A stretch of 64,000 nt of DNA. Origin: Spironucleus salmonicida. Its lineage: Eukaryota. A program made the translations under genes and the position numbers. Positions 56,052-64,000 of this stretch are shown one piece after another. Every line of letters starts with the position of its first letter. Position 1 is the stretch's first letter. The notes under the pieces were generated by a model. It was not told the DNA's origin. It was given only the letters and a program-made list of their open reading frames with translations, and did not search any database. The stretch is from NCBI RefSeq assembly GCF_000497125.1, contig NC_090603.1, positions 1 through 64,000 on the forward strand. The letters are read 5' to 3'.

Positions 56052-56678
56052 ATGGCCGAACATAATAATAACAATAAGCAAGTTAACAATGCAGAAACCA
56101 AGTGTACAAGACATACCGACTGCTCACACGCAAATAAAGGTTATTGCGATAAAAATAGCAAAACGTGTAAACCATGCTAAGCAAACTGCATTGCATGCTA
56201 ATCCGCAGATTTGTGCAATTCCTGTGAGCCTACTACTCACGTAACCACAATAGCAGGCGAATGCACTCCAAAATGTGTGTCTCTCAAAAATAACGAATTT
56301 TGCGACAATGGAACCGCTAAATCATGTACAAAAGATGCTACTTCACCTTGCCACTGTACGGATAATCTAAACTGTGGTACTTGTGAGGACAGCATTATGC
56401 CAAAATGCGCTACATGTTTAACAGGAATGAAATTGGATGAGAACTCGCGTTGTGCGGATTGTATGGACGGGTATATAAAAATTACAGCAAGATGCTGGCT
56501 AGTTGGAACAGACCCAAATATCCCAGTTAATCCCATGGATCCAGTGGACCCCGAAGTCCCTACTAGCAACAAGCTAGGTGGTGGGGCAATTACCGGGATT
56601 GTGGTCGGGGCGGTTGTCGTCGTGGGCGCCGTTGCTGGCGGTCTTGCTTATTATTTTATCAAGAGGGGTAAAAAGTGA
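56052..56678 (+). CDS. Cysteine-rich membrane protein 1 (CRMP1), copy B, 208 aa
   Basis: MAEHNNNNKQVNNAETKCTRHTDC... in frame with supplied ORF 56211-56678; TM plus KRGKK; AAGTGA stop. Confidence 0.93.
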
Positions 56679-56928
56679 TATATATTATATATGAATTTAT
56701 AATATTTTTTGAATTTCCAATGTAAGAATTCAATTTGAATAATAATATAAAATACTATTTAACGTATATAATAATAGATCTAAGTAAAACCTACAAAAAT
56801 AAAAATAAAATTACCTAATTATAACGCAAAATGAATAAAAGCTTCAATTTCGATAATTTTATTCAGTTGCTACACATTGACTGTTCTTCGCCACAATATC
56901 ACTCACACCAAAACTATTCCAATGTAAT

Positions 56929-58968
56929 TCAGTAATTATGCTCACTTTAATCTCTCATTTACGGACTACTTGCCCTTATTTTAAGTGCCTACCCCTACGT
57001 TACCTCACCTGAAACCAATCCCTCGATATTTTTCTTATTCTTTTTAACCTTTTTTACAACAAAAATTCCAACTCCAATGCTCAGCATGATAATAACCAAA
57101 ACAGCCACTACAATCCCCACTGTTTTTCCAACACTTTTGTTGCTACACCCAGAAAGCTCCTAATTCTCGCTACAGACCTTGCAGACCCCATTAACCGCCA
57201 TCGCTCCGTTAACGCAAACACTGCACTAATTCGAGTCATACTCCTTGCAGTTATCTACCATCTTCCCTTAAAAAGCACACGCCTCTCCAAGTTTTAACTT
57301 TGAGCAGCTGATGCATTTCCCGTCCTGTAAAAACATTCCATCGGCGCACATCTAGCAGGCATCACCTACGCATTTTATGCAATTTTTGATAGTTTTGGAC
57401 CCGCACTAGCAGGATACATCCATTGGCTGACCAGTTTTGCAGGTTTCACATTTAGTTTAGAACAAAAACTTGCCCGACTCGCACGCTGTGCAAGCTTTAG
57501 CATCTGAGCGGCATGTAGAGCAGGTTTTATCACATTTTCTACAAAACCTAGTAGCATCAGGATCCGATGTCGGACAAAACTCGTTAGGCTTGCACTCTGC
57601 ATCATCACGGCAGGGGTCTTTCTTACAGTCTCCATTAATTGACGAGTAACCCTTTATGCAGGTCCTGCATGTGTTATTGTCGCACTGCGCACAGTTGGTT
57701 TTTTTCGTGTTGCCGCACTGGCAACTTGAGCCAATTGGCATTGATTTGGAGCAGTATTGGCAGGTATTTTATGCTGTAATAAAATATGAATTTTCGCACA
57801 CCAAACACGAGCCCCTCATGTTGGCCTAAAGACAGTTTTGAGACAACTGTGAACAATTGTTTTGAGCATTGATGTAAAAACCAGAAGCGCACTTTAAGCA
57901 TCTACCTGTAGGATGGGCCAAAAGACAGTTTTCAGATAATTTTGCGCAACCATGTTTTTCCGTTAAATAGTTCCCTGAAAAGCACTTAGTGCATTTGTTC
58001 GATTATTCGGTACACGTTTCACATGATTTATCACATTTGGTACACTAATTAAAAATGTTAGTATGGGACTGACAGTATTCCCCACTGATGCATTAAGTAT
58101 CTATCGTACACTCGTTGTAAAGACATTATCCTTTGACTGTGGCTTAATCGTGGATGCAGCGAAAACAGCCAGTTGTAGAACATCTGCTACAATTAGCAAT
58201 TAATTTGCCTGCACAATGGCATTCGCTACGGCTTGGCATATCATTATTGCAAGGCTTACATGTACCGTCCTCTGCAGTATAATAACCTTCGTTACAGAGA
58301 GAACAATAGTCAGCACGGATACATTTCTGACAATTATCCATGCATCCGTAACATTATCCCGATCTATATTTATTATCATCACAATATTAACCCTCTAAAC
58401 AATCGTTCTACTTGGTGCAAGTAGGTTTACATGCCTAATTCACTAGAATGTAATTTTTAGCACAGGTCTAACAATCATTATTATAACACTATGCGCACCC
58501 TTCTTGCATTGTATAACGACATACACATCGGGAACCTCTTGGCATATCCTTCGAGCAGCTGAGGCATTTATTGTCAGCTGATAAATAGTAACCAGAAGGG
58601 CACTAAACACATTCTGTAGCAGAAATGCAACTCTCGCATGGCGAAATGCATTTTTTACAAGAGCCATTTTCAAGGTAATATCCTCCATCACACAAAGTAC
58701 ATTCAGTGGGTGAATCACAGTAGTAACAATTGTCGCTACACTTTTCACATTTATCACCATTAATATAATAGTTTTATATGCAATCTTCACACTTATCCCC
58801 GTTACATTCCTTGCAGGAAGGTTGAAGAGTGTTATTGCATTTACACTTTGCATTACTAGGCATAGAGAAGTTGCATTCCAAACAGTCTTAGTATCTCCAT
58901 CCAACATCTACTGGACAGTAATATCCATTGGAGCACTCATTCTTGCCGGACCAGCATGTACCGCTCAT
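56929..58968 (-). CDS. Cysteine-rich membrane protein (CRMP2-like), copy B, ~679 aa
   Basis: Same length and near-identical to 34767-36806 except for an N-terminal patch. Confidence 0.9.
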
Positions 58969-61625
58969 TTTGTGATAGGTAAAATTAGATTTAATTGAAA
59001 GTTATAGGATAATATGAATGTTAGAAAATTTTAATTATATTAATATCGGATGAAATCCTGTATTAAATATGATTAAAAACTGAGTACATCGCCTCAGAAT
59101 GCTAGTTTTTTAATAGTTTTTTAATAATGAAGTGTGTAGATGCAATAGAATAATAATTATATTGGTTATTTATGTTTGGCTGATTAATAATCTTATTAAA
59201 TGACAGTTAAGTAGTTATTTATTATAGTGTATTAATTCGTATATAGAAACTGATCCTCTCTAAAATTCATAATAATAAATATAAATGAATAGTAAAAACT
59301 AAATTAGTTATATACAATGATTAGTCTTAGCTAAATATAATATATTAAAAAAAATTAATATACCTATATGTTATAAGCTCTTAATATATGAGTTATTTAT
59401 AATTCTATTTATAGCAGCACATATTAAAACTTTATATTTGGTTATTAAATACATCCATATAAATCTATTTTAATATTACTAATAATATCCTATTTGTAAC
59501 TTATTATTTGATTTAATTTTATACCCATTTTATAACTATTAACAACTAATCCATTCAAATAATATTATAATAATAAATATGATAAATAAATCTGAATCTG
59601 CTAACTTTTATAATTCATACTATGTTTTCTTGTATTAATAGCAGTTTGCTAATATTAATTGTGAATAAATTAATATAGATGATTTTAATAATACATTACA
59701 ATAATGTTATCAACGAAAATAATGTAGTGTGACTTACTAAATAATAACCAATATCTAGAGAATATTAAAGATGATTATAATTTTATATATTAATTATTAT
59801 ATAATAAATATAATCTAATTTAAATAGTAACGAGATTACTAAATTAAAAAATATTAATATGAATCTATTAACACATTGCATCTGACTAACTATTAATTAA
59901 ACATAATAAAAATATCATGAACTAGTTTATTTTTTTGGCATTAATAATTTCTTTATTATGTATATCACCCTTTTATTAAATATATTGAACCTTGCTACCT
60001 CTTAGTGACGTTAATATGCATTATGCACGTTTATAATAATCATTTTTTATAATAATAAAATACTCATATTTATTGAAATTTATCTCTTAATAATTATATG
60101 GCTACAGCTTATTTCGCATGGAAATAGAAAAAGAGACAATATCATCAGACTTTAATTATCCAAACACTTATATTTTCTGTTAATATTCTCGAAAAATATT
60201 CCATATAGAATCCCTTGTTGCAATTGATTGAAAGTACAATATTAAACTAACAATTACCAAATATCTGATATGCTACGGATAAATTACTCTATATAGTACT
60301 TAAGCTACCATAGTTGTAGATAATAAACTTCCATAAATCTATAACCATTGTATCGTGATTCTATTAAAGCTTTCAGTATTATAATGCTCGCATAGTATTT
60401 ATAATAAATATGAAAAAATAATATGCATCGTATTTAAACAATGTAAGATATCTTCAAATCTAGTCATCCTCTTGATTATGATATATTAGTACAAACTTTT
60501 GCAGTATTCACGGTAAGTATCTAGTTTAGTAAACTAGTGTCGTATTTATTTAAGTATATAAATAGGGACAGAAATGAGTTCCATCCCAAGATATCAATAT
60601 ACCGATACCAAATTATATTCATGCAGATTGTATTAGGTTACCAAATTCTACGCTCACGTTTATTTTCAAACTTTCAGACAAATTTTGCATTTACTCTATT
60701 TTTATACATACATATTTTACTTTATTAAAACTAATATTTTTCTCTTTCATTTTAAAATTAATTATTAATATTATATATTTAACCATAAATTTCACAAAAA
60801 TATGAAATCTGACCTTCGCGAAATGAGGTCCGACCCAACTCTACAAAACTAAACAAACTACAACTTTAAGTTATTCGATATCCATAATAACTATCACTAT
60901 CACCCCTCACATCCATGATTCATCAAATCTTCCTTACCAAACTTTGTCCCAAGAATCCAAAATACAATTCATGGGATAATTACCAGATGTATATCACATT
61001 TTGTATCATAAATTATTAGATTCATGTTGTACAAATATGATCTGCTTACTGATAGATCGTATAATAAGGCATATAAGTCGTACTGAAAACCGCCAGTTTC
61101 AGAGTCATGATAATTAAGGGCTGGAATTGGTAGATCTTTTGTTTTGGTAACAATTGCTTATTAATAAATCAGGATTTGTAGTCAATTGAATTTTTATATA
61201 TGGTACATCTTATTTTCATAAATTTACGTTATTATTGTCTAATTTATATAGAGTAGAGGTTTTGGCATATTATTGACAACTAAAATAAGTTTACTTAATT
61301 CACCTCGAAGATAATAGTATCCTGTATAGTCTAGCAAATCATACTGAAAATATTTGTTTGCTTAATAGTAAATATACATTTAAAATATGACTTGTAAGAA
61401 TACTAAAATGTATATAAATGTTAAGTTCCTAGTAATTGGCTTGTTAACCTAGCTGCTAACATTTAAATGCCATATATGTGTTCATAATAATTTTTATAAT
61501 TATTATATTTCTTACTGAACCTTATTTCTGTGCTATTTCATTATTATAAATAATAAGATACTAATTCTAAAAATAACTTACGCATTTCTGTTGTTAATAT
61601 AATACCTATTTTTCCATTTCAGTAT

Positions 61626-62596
61626 ATGACAGGAACCTGCTCTGCTTCAGCTAATAACTGTGCTAATTCAAATTATTGTCCTCTGCAGCCCCAAACCGAT
61701 ACCCCATGTATCCCGTGCTCCGAAAACTAGCCTTTTGAAACATCATGTAAATGCTCCATGAGTAAAAATCCAATACTCAATTATGCATCTTGCGATGGTG
61801 AAAATTGTGCATCATGTATTAATTCTTTTTCCTAAGCGGCGAGTCATGTAAGTTCTGCAAGGAAAATTGTTTAAAATGTATTAGCAAGGACATATGTCAA
61901 AGATGCGTGTCTGGTATGTATGATGCATTAACAATGTGTACAACGTGTAATAAAAATATTCCAATCAATAGCAAATGTCAGTGCGGAACTAAATTAATTG
62001 CGAATTGTGCTTAATGCGACTTTGAGGATTGTATAGAATGTCGTAATAACTACAAATTGGTAAATGGTGTTTGTTTGCCAGATCAATGTTAAACTGACTC
62101 ATAGTGCTCCAATTTATAATTTTGTGACATTAGTACTACATAAATCAATGTTTGCAAATAGTGCTCCAAAATCTGTAAAACATGTTCAAATATTGAAACA
62201 TCATGTACATCTTGCAATATTGACTAATTTTTATATAATAATGCATGCAGTCCTTGTAATACAGCTGCGATTGTTGGTTTCCAATGCTATTGTTAAAATA
62301 TGGTGATTGAAAACTGTTCTAAATGCGGAGCAGTAGGTTGGTAGTCTTGCTTAATGCCTCGTAGATTAATAGATGGAGAGTGTATCAACGGTTTAATATC
62401 ACCAGAAGACTGCTAAATAGTTGTATCTACTAATATTATTATATATATCGTCGTAGGAGTAATATCAGCATTAATTTTGGTTATTGGAATAGTACTTATA
62501 ACCTTAGTTATGAAAAGACGTAAATTAAGGTCACTTTTGGAAATGAACATTGATGCATTAGGAAAGAAAAATAATTCAAGTACATTGTTGTTTTGA
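61626..62596 (+). pseudogene. Cysteine-rich membrane protein with a -1 frameshift, copy B
   Basis: Duplicate of 39463-40433; same 971-nt span and the same frame break at ~61826-61833. Confidence 0.82.
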
Positions 62597-64000
62597 ACAT
62601 TAAGCTATGTGCGCATAATTGATTTAATAAAACTAAAGAGAAATAAATATGAAATGTGAATATAAGGTTTTGGATAAAAATGATTTAAGTATAATCAAAC
62701 AGGCCAAGGTAATAACTTAAATATTTATAATTACGTTATTTTGTAATAATACTTAGATAATAATAGTTATTAGTTTATGCAAAATCTAAGTCTTCTTATT
62801 TTATAGCTAATAACAGTTACTAAGAAAGTGAAATATTTTTTATTATATAACTTAAGTTACAAATAAATGATTAAACATCAATAAATAAGATTAGCTTCCT
62901 AAGGCAAGCACTCTACAGAATTAAATATATTTAATTATTATTTACTAAATCGTGGAAATTAGATTTAGTATATATTTTTATTCTTATGTAAAACTATTAT
63001 CATGGCTAACTAATAATTTCTAAATATATTATTCAAATCTAACTTAGTGAAATAATTATTGTATCATAATCAATTTACCAGCATGAATCTTATTAACCGT
63101 AAATTTTACATAGCAGAATCTGCAATTGATGTATTTTATTAGCAGGAATGTGATAATATTTTATTATCATTATTACTAACTATAAGATATCTCTTTCTTA
63201 AATTTAATATTTTTAATCGATTAAACAGTGAAGTAAAATGACAATAGTTTTATAATTCTGACGCTAGTAGTGTACATTTAAGAATTATGGAAATTATACA
63301 ATTTATATATTGTGTCCGAGTATATTATATTTTCTATATAAATTGTGATTATATTTATTACTAAAATTATATCTTAATAGTTATATAAAAGATAAAACAA
63401 TATGTTGAATTTACTCCGGATTTTAACAAATTATGATTAAATTATATGTAAACCTATAAATATATAAAATGATATAAATTTATTATTTTAAACTTTAGTT
63501 TAATAAATATATTCCAAGAATAACATATATAAAATAAAAACACTACTGATTAACAATATCAGAACATAATTTAAAAATAAGATGATATGACGAGTATGGA
63601 TCATTGGTGATACTACAAAAATGATTTTAAACGCAAAGTTTAATAAAGATGTAACTAGTAATATAATTCTATTAATTACATTCGAGTAATGCGGTATAAC
63701 AGTATCGTTAGCTTTATGTTAAAGGTTAAAACTGTAAAAATATTTCTCAAAAAAACTAAATAATTTATCCACACTTTTACTATAGATTATCCAGATACTG
63801 TACCTAGCATTAAATTTAAGTAAAAATATGATACTCTACTAATAATTAACATGATACCATTGAAAAAAAATAACAAATTTAGTAGTAATTCACCATTACA
63901 CATCTCATAAACAATCCATTATTAGTTTCGGCAAGATATCATAATAGTATCATTAGCATTCGCGAACAATAAAATCATGGCACATTGTCAAAGCTCAAAT

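Larger units (their letters stand above)
53239..64000 (+). repeat. Second copy of a >=10.7 kb direct segmental duplication (first copy ~31079-41837)
   Basis: Near-identical sequence at offset ~22160 (ORFs 35295/57457, 38375/60537, 39901/62064); the window end matches 41837, so the repeat may extend further. Confidence 0.97.

Noticed and set aside
5437-62306. Most supplied short ORFs as independent genes
   Set aside because: They were called with TAA/TAG as stops; they are in-frame fragments of larger table-6 genes or off-frame and antisense shadows (e.g. 30548-31111, 36281-36778, 56237-56572).

Overview
Left chromosome end of a hexamitid diplomonad (Spironucleus-like; inferred). It opens with a ~2.5 kb (CCTA)n/(TAGG)n telomere. 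Genes read only with translation table 6 (TAA/TAG = Gln, TGA the sole stop), and most stops sit in an AGTGA motif, so the supplied standard-code ORF track shows only fragments. Contents: (1) three minus-strand paralogues of a 1250-1750 aa P-loop NTPase resembling the bacterial AAA-ATPase-like (PF09820-type) family, plus decayed 3' remnants; (2) a 3.1 kb two-module satellite; (3) a decayed Polinton/Maverick-like fragment with an A32-type packaging ATPase and a probable minor capsid gene, both in the host code; (4) a GC-rich chimeric pseudogene joining a CS-domain gene to a bacterial-type FAD oxidoreductase-DUF1667 fusion; (5) a cysteine-rich membrane protein cluster, including a Cys-rich ectodomain fused to a DMT/SLC35-like transporter. 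The cluster occurs twice as a >=10.7 kb near-identical direct duplication in which only the CRMP1 gene is strongly divergent. All translations and family calls were made by eye, without database searches.
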